From Pseudoalteromonas tetraodonis (GTDB lineage Bacteria > Pseudomonadota > Gammaproteobacteria > Enterobacterales > Alteromonadaceae): DNA of 32,000 nt. Shown here in pieces: positions 8,215 through 18,400 of the stretch; within the stretch, counting starts at the first letter, position 1; each line of letters begins with the position of its first letter. The position numbers and the translations under genes are program-made. The DNA lies in contig NZ_CP011041.1 of NCBI RefSeq assembly GCF_002310835.1, positions 60,001 to 92,000 on the forward strand, given 5' to 3'. The notes under the pieces are model-generated. The model did no database searches. It saw only the letters and a list, made by a program, of their open reading frames with translations, and had not been told where the DNA came from.

Positions 8215-8685
8215 TTATTCGTTTATATCTATATCTGCGAAAATCATCCCTCGACGCATACTGCGCGTTGCCAAGAACACCTCACCGAGTAATGACATAA
8301 ATGCACATATCAGTAATGCCATTGCACCAACAAAACAGCTGCCAATAGTGACACCTAAATTAATCGACTGTATGTGAGATAAAAATAACAGCATAACCAC
8401 GGCGCAAACTAATAGTGCACTTAATACACTTAAACTAAATGCAATGTGTATGCAGCGAGAGCGCTTAAGGAGTGCTCTAAGCTCTGTAGTCAGAGACAAG
8501 TTAAATTCTTCATCGGTGCTAACTTTTAATTTTCGCTCTAACTGTCTGGCTCTGTCTGTAATTCGCGCCAAGCGATTAGATAAAACCCCGAGCGTTGCTG
8601 CAATACCAGTAATTAAAAAAACGGGTGCAACCGCTGTTTGAATGACCTTAGCCATTGTTAAAATGTTAATTACATCGTTATTCAT
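8215..8685 (-). CDS. DUF2721 domain-containing membrane protein
   Basis: 156 aa. An N-terminal TM is followed by LSNRLARITDRARQLERKL and two C-terminal TMs, matching the DUF2721 architecture from memory. Confidence 0.7.
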   Translation of the reverse strand: MNNDVINILTMAKVIQTAVAPVFLITGIAATLGVLSNRLARITDRARQLERKLKVSTDEEFNLSLTTELRALLKRSRCIHIAFSLSVLSALLVCAVVMLLFLSHIQSINLGVTIGSCFVGAMALLICAFMSLLGEVFLATRSMRRGMIFADIDINE

Positions 8686-8875
8686 TATTGTCCTTATTGA
8701 TTAGCAGCAGGAAGAGACTATTTAATGCTACTTCGTTACTGTTAGGATAACTGAAGTCTTAACTATATAAAAAGAATTTCTCGGCTCCCTTTTTACATAG
8801 CTTCACAAACTAAATTTCTGTCGTGTTTAATATTAGGTATATTTAATATAATAAAAACAACAGGGATTTAAATTA

Positions 8876-11047
8876 ATGAAGCACACTTCGTTTACGCTTG
8901 CCGTAATATCGTTAGCTATTTTAGGTGGTTGTAATAAAGCACCTGAAGTTAAACAAAACACGCCTACTGAACAGTCTGTATCTCAAATCGCAGTAATGCC
9001 GCCGGTTGCTAAAAAAGTACCATATGAAATGTCTATTCATGGCGACACTCGTATCGATGATTATTACTGGATGCGTGATGATGAGCGAAAAGATCCTGAG
9101 GTACTTAGTTACCTTGAGGCTGAAAATGCTTATACAGATGCAATGCTTGCGCATACAAAAACGTTACAAACTAGGTTATTTGAAGAGCTAAAAGGGCGAA
9201 TTCAAAAAGACGATGATTCAGTGCCAGTTAAAAACGGTGACTATTATTATTCATCACAAACTCGCGGTGATAACGAATACGCAACTTATGTACGTAGTAG
9301 TGATTTTGCAGGCACTGACCAGCAGGTTATTTTAGATGTAAACGAGCTAGCTAAGGAACATGATTATTATGCCGTAAGTGGTTTAGATGTAAGTCCAAAC
9401 GGCAATTTAATGGCATATGGTGAAGATACCGTAAGTCGTCGTATTTATAATATAAAAATAAAAGACTTAAGCACTGGTAAATTACTCGAAGATACGCTTA
9501 AAGGTACGAATGGCAGTGTTGTTTGGGCAAACGACAACAAAACGCTTTATTACATAAAAAAAGATTTACAAACTTTACTAGGTTACCAAGTTTATCGTCA
9601 TACGCTCGGTACCCCACAGGCTGAAGATGAACTCGTTTATGAAGAAACAGATACCAGTTATTACATGGGTATTAGCAAAAGCAAAGACGATTCAGAAATT
9701 TATATCTGGCACAGCAGTACAACTGCGTCAGGTGTATCGGTTTTAAGTGCTGATGATGATAAGGCTATGCCAAAACGCTTGATTGAACGTGAAGCGGATC
9801 TGGAGTATGGAATTTCTAAGCTGGGTAATACTTACTATATTGTCACTAATTTAAACGCAGTCAACTTTCAGTTAATGAAAGTAGATATTGATAAAGCTGG
9901 CGATAAAGCTAATTGGCAAACGGTGATCCCCGCTCGCGATAATATAAAATTAGAAGGCATCGACTTATTTAACGATTACTTAGTGTATCAGCAGCGTGAA
10001 ATGGGTCAGTCGACTATTATTGCTCGTAACTTAACCACGGGTAAAGAGATACCGCTTAGCTTTAACGACAGTGCTTATACAATTAGCACCTACGGTAACA
10101 ATGATTTAAATAGCGATACATTACGTGTGTATTATACCAGTATGACAACACCCGCTTCATCGTATGATGTTAATTTAGCTACTGGCAATAAAACATTACT
10201 TAAACAACAAAAAGTACTCGGTGATTTTAGTGCAGATAATTACGCATCAGAGCGAATTTTTGTCACTGCACGAGATGGTATTAAAGTACCGGTAAGCCTA
10301 GTCTATCGCAAAGACATGTTTAAAAAAGAGGGGACTAATCCGCTGCTACAATATGGTTATGGCTCGTATGGCGCGACCATGGACCCTACCTTTTCTAGCG
10401 CTCGCTTAAGTTTGCTCGATCGGGGGTTTGTATTTGCCATTGCGCATATTCGCGGTTCACAAATGCTAGGTCGCCCTTGGTATGAGGACGGTAAACTACT
10501 GACTAAAAAGAACACCTTTAACGACTTTGTAGATGTTACCAAGGCATTGGTTGAGCAAAAGTATGGTGCAAAAGATAAAATATTTGCTCAAGGTGGCAGT
10601 GCGGGTGGCTTGTTAATGGGGGCAGTGGCAAACCAAGCTCCTGAGTTGTATAAAGGTATGGTGGCTGCGGTTCCATTTGTTGATGTAGTGACTACGATGC
10701 TTGATGCAAGTATTCCACTTACAACCAACGAATACGGTGAGTGGGGTAACCCTAACGAGAAAGAATACTATGAGTATATGTTATCGTATTCACCTTATGA
10801 TCAGGTCAGTAAGCAAGATTACCCAAATATGTTAGTTACTACTGGCTTACATGATTCACAGGTACAATATTTTGAGCCTGCAAAGTGGGTGGCTAAGCTG
10901 CGAGATTACAAAACAGATGATAACAAGCTACTGTTTAAAATCGATATGGAAGCAGGGCACGGAGGTGCATCAGGTCGCTTCAAACGCTTAGAAGATACTG
11001 CATTAAATTATGCTTTTATGCTTGATTTAGCGGGTGTGAATAAGTAA
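8876..11047 (+). CDS. ptrB: Oligopeptidase B / S9A prolyl oligopeptidase family serine peptidase (with lipoprotein signal)
   Basis: 723 aa. Has DDYYWMRDD and LEAENAYT N-terminal blocks, the GGSAGGLLMG nucleophile elbow, and Asp and His blocks (GLHDSQV, EAGHGG). The N-terminal lipobox is LAILGGC. Confidence 0.9.
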   Translation: MKHTSFTLAVISLAILGGCNKAPEVKQNTPTEQSVSQIAVMPPVAKKVPYEMSIHGDTRIDDYYWMRDDERKDPEVLSYLEAENAYTDAMLAHTKTLQTRLFEELKGRIQKDDDSVPVKNGDYYYSSQTRGDNEYATYVRSSDFAGTDQQVILDVNELAKEHDYYAVSGLDVSPNGNLMAYGEDTVSRRIYNIKIKDLSTGKLLEDTLKGTNGSVVWANDNKTLYYIKKDLQTLLGYQVYRHTLGTPQAEDELVYEETDTSYYMGISKSKDDSEIYIWHSSTTASGVSVLSADDDKAMPKRLIEREADLEYGISKLGNTYYIVTNLNAVNFQLMKVDIDKAGDKANWQTVIPARDNIKLEGIDLFNDYLVYQQREMGQSTIIARNLTTGKEIPLSFNDSAYTISTYGNNDLNSDTLRVYYTSMTTPASSYDVNLATGNKTLLKQQKVLGDFSADNYASERIFVTARDGIKVPVSLVYRKDMFKKEGTNPLLQYGYGSYGATMDPTFSSARLSLLDRGFVFAIAHIRGSQMLGRPWYEDGKLLTKKNTFNDFVDVTKALVEQKYGAKDKIFAQGGSAGGLLMGAVANQAPELYKGMVAAVPFVDVVTTMLDASIPLTTNEYGEWGNPNEKEYYEYMLSYSPYDQVSKQDYPNMLVTTGLHDSQVQYFEPAKWVAKLRDYKTDDNKLLFKIDMEAGHGGASGRFKRLEDTALNYAFMLDLAGVNK

Positions 11048-11065
11048 CTGGTCTGGCAATATCAA

Positions 11066-11096
11066 TAAGCGCAGCTATTTGCTGCGCTTTTTTATT
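11066..11096 (+). terminator. ptrB terminator
   Basis: aagcgcagc-tattt-gctgcgctt followed by tttttatttt. Confidence 0.85.
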
Positions 11097-11206
11097 TTTA
11101 AATATACACAAATGCTTTGCATTGGATAAATAAGCATTTACATTAAGGTGGCTAATGAGTGTGAATATTATTTTAGCGTAAAATAAAAACGAGAAGGGAG
11201 AGTGTA

Positions 11207-11572
11207 ATGGAACAAAATCAAGAGATTAAAGTCGTCAATAAAGATGACCGCACATGGGCAATGCTATGTCATTTAAGTGCATTAGCGGGGTTTATTGTGC
11301 CATTTGGGTCGGTACTCGGCCCTCTTATTATCTGGTTAATTAAAAAAGATGAAATGCCAATTGTTGATATACATGGCAAAAAAGCCCTTAATTTTCAAAT
11401 TACTATGGCTATAGCTTATTTTGTTTGTTTTTTACTAATTTTTGCAGCGGTTGGTTTACTACTGTTACCTATGGTGGCTATTTTTTCATTTGTGATGGTG
11501 GTTATCGCAAGCGTGAAAGCCAACGATGGCAAAGAGTTTAATTATCCCCTTAGCTTAAATTTGATAAAATAA
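11207..11572 (+). CDS. DUF4870 domain-containing membrane protein
   Basis: 121 aa. DRTWAMLCHLSALAGFIVPFGSVLGPLIIWLIKKDE...GKKALNFQIT is the signature of the DUF4870 family. RBS GAAGGGAG is upstream. Confidence 0.8.
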   Translation: MEQNQEIKVVNKDDRTWAMLCHLSALAGFIVPFGSVLGPLIIWLIKKDEMPIVDIHGKKALNFQITMAIAYFVCFLLIFAAVGLLLLPMVAIFSFVMVVIASVKANDGKEFNYPLSLNLIK

Positions 11573-11618
11573 CTGTTTTTATTATTCGGTGAATTGGTTT
11601 TAAGTTAAAAAGTCGTTC

Positions 11619-11650
11619 AAACCCAGCTTAATTGCTGGGTTTAGTTTTTA
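11619..11650 (+). terminator. Terminator after DUF4870 gene
   Basis: aacccagc-ttaatt-gctgggtt followed by tagttttta. It overlaps the TTG at 11632 that the ORF track uses as a start, which argues for the later ATG at 11665. Confidence 0.6.
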
Positions 11651-11664
11651 GCCATAAGGGAAAA

Positions 11665-12105
11665 ATGCTCTATATAACATTATTTTTTACAGCATTTATA
11701 TCTGCCACGTTATTACCTAGCTCGTCTGAAGTATTGATGGGTGGCATGATCATGCAAGGCAATACTAACTTATGGCTGATTTGGTTTGCAGCAACCTTGG
11801 GTAATGTACTGGGCAGTTGTGTTAACTATTGGTTAGGGACGCAGGCATTGCGTTTTAAAGATAAAAAATGGTTTCCAGTATCTGAAAAAGGGCTTAAAAA
11901 AGCACAAAAGCAGTTTAATAAATATGGTGTTTATAGCTTGTTGTTTGCCTGGCTGCCCATCGTTGGCGACCCACTAACCGTTATTGGCGGCGTGTTTAAA
12001 GTTCGCTTTACTACGTTTTTAGTGCTGGTAACGCTCGGCAAGGGGTTGCGTTATTTAGCGGTAATAGCCCTTGCCGTTGGATTATTTGTGCCAGTCGAGG
12101 GTTAA
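11665..12105 (+). CDS. yqaA: YqaA family (DedA-related) inner membrane protein
   Basis: Trimmed to ATG 11665 (AAGGGA RBS). FISATLLPSSSEV, ATLGNVLGSCVNY, LPIVGDPLTV and LGKGLRYLAV align block-for-block with E. coli YqaA as I recall it. Confidence 0.8.
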   Translation: MLYITLFFTAFISATLLPSSSEVLMGGMIMQGNTNLWLIWFAATLGNVLGSCVNYWLGTQALRFKDKKWFPVSEKGLKKAQKQFNKYGVYSLLFAWLPIVGDPLTVIGGVFKVRFTTFLVLVTLGKGLRYLAVIALAVGLFVPVEG

Positions 12106-12438
12106 AGAAACCGAATCGGCAAAGCGCAACGCATGAGGTTTATCTACTCGAGCCTTAGCATAATTAACGCTTGGGTGTGAGTGGCAAACAGCAAGGATTT
12201 CAGCAACTAGTTTTTCTAACAATAAAAAGTGTCCTTGCTCCACTAAGCTAATTACCTCTTTAGTAATCACTTTGTAGTTAAGTGCTTGGTCTACTTCATC
12301 TGTTTCACAAGCTTGATCAGCAGGGTAGTGAATTTCAAGGTTAATGACCACATCTTGTTTTTTTTCACGCTCATCAGGATTAAAACCAATAAATGTGCGT
12401 AGTCGTAAGTTAGTTACATTAATAATTGCGTTTGCCAT
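12082..12438 (-). CDS. folX: Dihydroneopterin triphosphate 2'-epimerase
   Basis: 118 aa. NLRLRTFIGFNPDEREKKQDVVINLEIHYPAD...ALNYKVITK...LLEKL...HALRFADSVSLTLDW closely parallels E. coli FolX. It is the last gene of the folM-folE-folX string. Confidence 0.85.
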   Translation of the reverse strand: MANAIINVTNLRLRTFIGFNPDEREKKQDVVINLEIHYPADQACETDEVDQALNYKVITKEVISLVEQGHFLLLEKLVAEILAVCHSHPSVNYAKARVDKPHALRFADSVSLTLDWHK

Positions 12439-12441
12439 ACA

Positions 12442-12996
12442 TTATCCTTTGATCAGCTGTAAAAACTCATTACGTGTTTTCGGATCGGCTCTAAAGTTTC
12501 CTAGCATTACCGAGGTACGCATGCTTGAGTTCTGCTTTTCTACACCACGCATCATCATACACATGTGTTTTGCTTCAACAATTACACCCACACCTTTTGC
12601 ACCGGTTACTTCCTCAACCGCTTTTGCAATTTGATGGGTAAGCTGTTCTTGAATTTGAAAACGACGCGAAAACATATCAACAATACGCGCAAACTTAGAT
12701 AAGCCTAATACTTTACCATCAGGAATATAAGCAATATGACAGCGGCCAATAAAAGGGAGTAAATGATGTTCACACATAGAGTAAAGCTCGATGTCTTGTA
12801 TCAATACCATGTCGTCAGCGTCAGAGGTGAATACCGCATTGTTAGTGATTTCGTTAAGCGTTTGACGATATCCTTGAGTAAGGTACTCCATCGCTTTTGC
12901 AGCGCGTTTTGGGGTATCAAGTAACCCTTCACGCTCAGCGTCTTCACCTACAGCAGTTATAATTTTTTGATAGCTTTCTTTTAATTCGTTATGCAT
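12442..12996 (-). CDS. folE: GTP cyclohydrolase I (short FolE type)
   Basis: 184 aa. Has [24 protein letters not shown] and [11 protein letters not shown], the canonical FolE zinc/active-site blocks. Confidence 0.93.
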   Translation of the reverse strand: MHNELKESYQKIITAVGEDAEREGLLDTPKRAAKAMEYLTQGYRQTLNEITNNAVFTSDADDMVLIQDIELYSMCEHHLLPFIGRCHIAYIPDGKVLGLSKFARIVDMFSRRFQIQEQLTHQIAKAVEEVTGAKGVGVIVEAKHMCMMMRGVEKQNSSMRTSVMLGNFRADPKTRNEFLQLIKG

Positions 12997-13019
12997 AAGT
13001 TTCTCAGTTTTATTAGGAC

Positions 13020-13739
13020 TTACTTAAGATGGCGACCACCATCAACAGGTAAAGCACGCCCTGTGATGTAATGGCTGTTCAGTAGTAGGTCTATACTATT
13101 GATAATTTCTTGGCATCCAGGTTCGATACCCATTAATGATTTTTTTAAAGTTTTAGCGCGATACTGCTCATCATCATGTTGGTTAAAAATAATTAATGAT
13201 GGTGCGACTGAATTTACTTTTATGTTAGGTGCATATTTAGCACTAAATGATTTAGTTAAGTTATCCAGTGCGGCTTTACTGGCCGCATAAGCAAGATGTT
13301 TTGGGCTGCCTGTTTCCACTACATAATCAGTCAAATGAATAATGTCAGCGGGTTTAGCATGCGACGCCTGATAATTTAATAGTAAATCTGCGCAATGTAA
13401 GTTTACCAAGTACGGTGTTTTTGCATGAATGCGCATCATATTGTCAAACAGCTGCTCAAAGTGGGGGTTGTTAGCTTCACAGTCCCAGCTTGATGCATTA
13501 TGAATAACCGCCCTGAGTGAGTCAGTGTGTGATTTAAGCAACGTAATAAAAGTATTAATGCCCTCATCAGTACTAAAGTCAGCATAAAGACAGGTAACCC
13601 CTTGTTGTTCCAACGAATCAACAGCCTCATGACGGGTCCGATAAGTAATAATGACCGCTTGCCCTTGGGCTATAAAGTGCTTTGCCAGCGCAAGCCCTAT
13701 ACGTTGTGCTGCACCAGTAATCAAAATAGGGGGTGTCAT
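13020..13739 (-). CDS. folM: Dihydromonapterin reductase (SDR family)
   Basis: 239 aa. [19 protein letters not shown]...ADFSTDEGI...[11 protein letters not shown] and YAASKAAL (YxxxK) parallel E. coli FolM. It is 23 nt upstream of folE. Confidence 0.85.
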   Translation of the reverse strand: MTPPILITGAAQRIGLALAKHFIAQGQAVIITYRTRHEAVDSLEQQGVTCLYADFSTDEGINTFITLLKSHTDSLRAVIHNASSWDCEANNPHFEQLFDNMMRIHAKTPYLVNLHCADLLLNYQASHAKPADIIHLTDYVVETGSPKHLAYAASKAALDNLTKSFSAKYAPNIKVNSVAPSLIIFNQHDDEQYRAKTLKKSLMGIEPGCQEIINSIDLLLNSHYITGRALPVDGGRHLK

Positions 13740-13866
13740 AAAATATAAAACTCTCTGTTGGCAAGCGTTAAGGTTAACTTTTAAAAATTTAAGCCACTTA
13801 TTTTCACGTCATGTTTACGTAAAATACAAGCGGCTCGATCAGTTAAATCACGCTTATAATATTGAT

Positions 13867-14703
13867 TTAAAAAGCATCGTATATTGTTGGAATAGGCTGG
13901 CGCTTATGTTGCGTGCGCTGGTAAATTGCAATTAGCGTTTCTTCTACATGACTTGAAACTGCTTTACCTTCTAAAAAGTCATCAATTTCTTCATAACTTA
14001 AGCCAAGTGCTTCTTCGTCTGTTAGTCCTGGTCTATCACTTTCTAAATCCGCTGTTGGTGCTTTCTCAACTAAAAGCGCAGGCGCACCCAATGTGGTTGC
14101 TAATGCACGAACTTGGCGTTTTGATAGGCCAAATAAAGGAGCCAAATCGCATGCACCATCACCAAATTTAGTGTAAAAACCAGTAATATTTTCAGCACTA
14201 TGATCGGTACCGACCACTAAGCCTTGGCAAAAGCCGGCTATTTCATATTGCGCGATCATGCGTTGGCGAGCTTTGACATTACCTTTAATAAAATCGATTT
14301 TATCTTGCGAAGGGAGTGTTTGTTCGGTACCCGCGAGAGTTGCCATTGTCTGCTCATGCAGTGCATCGGTTGCGGGTTTAATGTTTACCGTCATGCGGGT
14401 GCTCGGCTTAATGAAATCAACCGCCATTTGCGCTTCACTTTCATCAGCTTGAACGCCATAAGGTAGGCGTACAGCAATAAATTGATAATGAGTGTCAGGG
14501 TGTTCTTGGTTTAGCTCATCAATAGCAAGTTGACACAAACGGCCACAGGTCGATGAATCTACACCACCACTGATCCCTAGTACAAGTGAGGTTGAATATG
14601 CCGCTTTTAAACGTGCTTTAATAAAATCCACTCGGCGTTTAATTTCAGCGTTTACATCAATCGAAGGCTGAACTTTCATTTCAGCCATAATCTCGGCGCG
14701 CAT
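13867..14703 (-). CDS. nadE: NH3-dependent NAD+ synthetase
   Basis: 278 aa. Has the [12 protein letters not shown]-loop, [14 protein letters not shown] and [28 protein letters not shown] lies 7 nt upstream of ATG 14703. Confidence 0.95.
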   Translation of the reverse strand: MRAEIMAEMKVQPSIDVNAEIKRRVDFIKARLKAAYSTSLVLGISGGVDSSTCGRLCQLAIDELNQEHPDTHYQFIAVRLPYGVQADESEAQMAVDFIKPSTRMTVNIKPATDALHEQTMATLAGTEQTLPSQDKIDFIKGNVKARQRMIAQYEIAGFCQGLVVGTDHSAENITGFYTKFGDGACDLAPLFGLSKRQVRALATTLGAPALLVEKAPTADLESDRPGLTDEEALGLSYEEIDDFLEGKAVSSHVEETLIAIYQRTQHKRQPIPTIYDAF

Positions 14704-14775
14704 GGCCCGCTCCTTTAGTTAAATAATTTTTACGCTCTACATAGAGCAACTATTATGTGATTTCATATTTATGAA

Positions 14776-15414
14776 TTAAAGCCCTAAGTGAGCTTTTATT
14801 TGTTTAAGCTGGACTTTTAGCTCATCAATTTCTGCAAGTAAGTCATTTAGCTCAGTGTTTTTTATATCATCAGTGTGTGTTTGTGCCTCAAGTGAAGCCT
14901 CGTTCACAGATGATTGATCTGCAAATAAATGAATATATCGACAATCCCGTTTACCTGATTCGCGCGGCATCTTTTTAACATGATTGCTTTGAATTAGTTG
15001 TTCAAGTGACTTTTCAACATCATCAATACGAGCAAAGTCGGCAAGGCGGCTACTGCGTGTTTTTAATTCGCCAGGTGTTTGTGCGCCTCGCAATAATAAT
15101 AAACAAATAATCGCCCTTTGCTGTTGATCAAATTGCAGGTGACTAAACTCAGTATTACAAAAACGATGATCGTATTTATTAACTCGCCCAGACAGCCCTT
15201 CATTTACAGTGACTAATCGCAGACTGATTAATTCATCAACGGTTGTTTGAACTTGCTCTTCTGTATAATTAACAACTGGCGCGCGATTCGATTTTTGATT
15301 ACAGGCATTTGTTAATGCATTTAACGATAAAGGGTAGTGCTCAGGTGTTGTGCTTTGTTTTTCTAATAAACAACCAATAACGCGTTGTTGCTCCATTGAT
15401 AATTGCAATTGCAT
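14776..15414 (-). CDS. yceH: YceH family protein (DUF480/UPF0502)
   Basis: 212 aa. RVIGCLLEKQSTTPEHYPLSLNALTNACNQKSNR is the diagnostic YceH N-terminus, with a C-terminal coiled coil. Confidence 0.88.
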   Translation of the reverse strand: MQLQLSMEQQRVIGCLLEKQSTTPEHYPLSLNALTNACNQKSNRAPVVNYTEEQVQTTVDELISLRLVTVNEGLSGRVNKYDHRFCNTEFSHLQFDQQQRAIICLLLLRGAQTPGELKTRSSRLADFARIDDVEKSLEQLIQSNHVKKMPRESGKRDCRYIHLFADQSSVNEASLEAQTHTDDIKNTELNDLLAEIDELKVQLKQIKAHLGL

Positions 15415-15455
15415 ACCTTATCTCACCTAATAAATTCTATTTTTAGCTTACACTG

Positions 15456-18400
15456 TTATTTGCTTGTAAGCCATTGCTGGAGCTTAGAGTGAAGAGTTGT
15501 GGCATTGAGGGGTTTAGTTAAATAGTCATCCATACCAGTGGCCAAACATTTGTCTTTATCACCCTGCATTGCGTTTGCGGTAAGCGCTATTATTGTTATG
15601 TTTTTATTTACCTCGCCTGCTTTGCCTTCTCTGATGGCAATAGTTGCTTGATAGCCATCCATCGTAGGCATTTGGCAATCCATTAATATTAATTGATAAG
15701 TGTTAGCTGGGTTTTGATTCAACTTTTCAACTGCCTCAGCACCATTTTCAGCAATCTCAAATGTCACGTTCAACTGTTTTAAAAAAGCAGCGGTAACAAC
15801 TTGGTTAATTTTATTATCTTCTACTAATAAAACATGCGCCGCCAGTGTATCTGTCATAACCTCAGTGGCAGCAAGCGACTTTAGTTGTGTATCAACGTGT
15901 GTTTGCTCGATAGTGCTTTTTGCAGTCAGCGCATTTTGTAAATCAAAAGGGGTGAGTGGTTTAAATACGAGGGTTTCTTCGGTTAATGGTAAGGTCGCGT
16001 TTTTATTTGTATAACTCATGGGAGCCATAATAATTAAATGGCTGTTACTTTTTATTAAAAACTGCTTAAGTGCGAGTGCTTGAGCTTCGTATAATGGTTC
16101 AAATAAAGCACTGTCAACGAGCACAATGTTTGGTGGGGTATCTTCATGGCTATTAATGTAGTCACTTATAGACAGGTAATCGCAAATCGTGCTGACCTTG
16201 CCCCCCCAGCGAGTTAATTGTTTTTTGGCAATAGTGGTATTGAGTAAGCAATCATCAATAACCCAAATACGCTTATTTTTAATTGCTTGATATGCTTCGT
16301 GCTGTTGAACTAATTGAGGGATTATCTTTATAAAAAAGGAAAATGTACTGCCTTTATTTGGTGTACTGCTCACATTCACTTCGCCACCCATGAGCTCACA
16401 AAGCTGCTTTACAATAGCAAGACCCAGGCCTGTGCCACCATATTGGCGTGTGGTTGATGTGTCTGCTTGAGTAAATGAGTCAAATAAATGGGGCTGTTTC
16501 TCTGCGCTGATTCCTATACCTGAGTCAGCGATTGCACATTCTAAAACTGTGGCGTCAAGTGTGTGGGCTATTTTAGCGGTTACCAATATTTCACCGTTTT
16601 GGGTGAATTTAACGGCATTACCAATTAAGTTACTTAAAATTTGACGTAATCTATTCGGATCGCTAATAAATTCGCTGCTAGTGATATGTGTTGCATCCAA
16701 AATTAACGTGGTGTTATTTTGTTCTGCTTTTAATGCAAATGACTCAACCACTTCACCCAGTAAGCGAGGTAAATTAAATTGAATATTTTCAATGTCTAAC
16801 TTGCCAGCCTCTATTTTAGAAAAGTCTAAAATATCATTAATAATTCCTAATAATGACTCTGCAGATGATTGCGCAAGTTTAATATGATGCTTTTGTTGTT
16901 GATCTAATTGGGTTGCTTTAACAATATTAAGCATTCCCAACACCCCATTCATGGGTGTGCGAATTTCATGGCTCATACTGGCTAAAAACTCACTTTTTGC
17001 AATCACAGCTTGTTCTGCGGCTTCTTTTGCCTTGACTAGTTGTGCCTCTGTTTCTATACGTTGTTGGCTAGAGTAAAGGCTGCCAATTAAAGCCCCTACA
17101 GCAATTAAAAAGCTTTCTTCATTATGGCTCCATGTTCTAACTATATCTTGCTCAGCACAAACTATTCCAATAGAGCCACTGCTTGCAGGAATAAGAACAC
17201 ACAGCATCGCCTTGACTGAAAACGGTTGAAGGTAGCTTTCTTTGATAGGGGCTAAGTAGGGATGTTGTTGAGCATCATCAACACAAAATATCGCTTTTCG
17301 TTCTATTGCGGTAAAAAAGTCAGGAATAGTTTCTTGCAGCCACGGAATATTATTTTCGCTACCTGAACGATTAAAACTCGCAAATTGAATTAGCTGGGTT
17401 CTTTGTTGGTTAAACAATTTTATACTGGCGCTGTTTACCTCAAGGGCTTGGCAAATAGACTGCGTGATTAATTCTTTAGATTGGCTCAGTTTGCCATTTA
17501 ATATTTCATCACTCACCGTTAAGGAGGCCAAGGTTTCGTTAAAACGAGCAATTTTGCGATTTTCTAATTCTACTTTTTTACGGGCATCAATATTTTGTAA
17601 TGAACCAAATATTCTTACACAACGGCCATTTTTATGTTCAGCTTCACCGTGAACAAGTGCCCATACAGGCTGACCATTTGCATTGATCACTTCAAGCTCA
17701 GTTTCGTAGCTTTCACCATGCTTAATTGCTCTTTCAACCAGTTTAGCGATTTTTTCTCTACTTTCACCTTCTTTAAAATAGTTTAAATTTTCTGACCATT
17801 TTGGTTGCTCATCTAATGGGTATTCAAATATTTTTTTAGTCATATCTGACCAAAACACGTGTTTTTTTTCTAAGTTAAACGACCATGCACCGACTTGTGC
17901 TAAATTACTCATCACCTCAAGCATTCTTTCGCTTTCTTGTTCACGGTTGAGTATTTTTAGATAAAACAAAAAGGCAGAAATGAGCAAGCCTAACACGGTT
18001 AAAATAATGAACCGTAAAGGCCAGATCGAAGAACTCACTGGTTGCCAGCCTTGCTTGGGTATAACATAAAGCTGCCAAACACCTCCTTGAAAGTTTAAAG
18101 TAAATTCTAGAGGGTCTTGAACAGTAATAGAGGGGTCACCGAAAAAAAACTCACCTTGCTTACCTAATCCATTACGTCCTTGTATTGCTATATTATAATT
18201 TTGCTGTAGTTCAATAATCCCCGAGTTTTCATAAACTTTTTCTATATCGAGTACCACTGAGAGCAATCCCCAAAAGGCGTTATTTTCTGGCAAGTATACT
18301 GGTACGCGCGCAATCAAGGCTTCGCTGCCTTGGACAAGCTGAAGTGGACCTGCCATCACGATCGTATTCGTGTCTCTTGCTTTAATGGCATCTTCGCGCT

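Noticed and set aside
11100-11206. An inverted repeat AAATGCTT-N14-AAGCATTT and an 8-codon uORF (MSVNIILA) with an AAGGTGG SD upstream of the DUF4870 gene. It could be a leader peptide or operator.
   Set aside because: There is no terminator/antiterminator alternative structure around it, and the peptide has no regulatory-codon bias. The evidence is insufficient.
13790-13830. A TyrR-box-like or partially palindromic sequence (ttcacgtcatgtttacgtaaaataca) upstream of the folM operon. It was tempting because the pterin operon is linked to phenylalanine hydroxylase in Pseudomonas.
   Set aside because: The half-sites do not fit TGTAAA-N6-TTTACA in spacing or orientation when written out. The palindrome is imperfect.
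16200-16207. A C7 homopolymer (G7 on the coding strand, encoding WGGK) inside the hybrid kinase gene, which could be a slipped-strand phase-variation tract.
   Set aside because: Seven bases is short for a contingency locus. It sits mid-gene in a non-surface protein, and the frame is intact. It is most likely chance.
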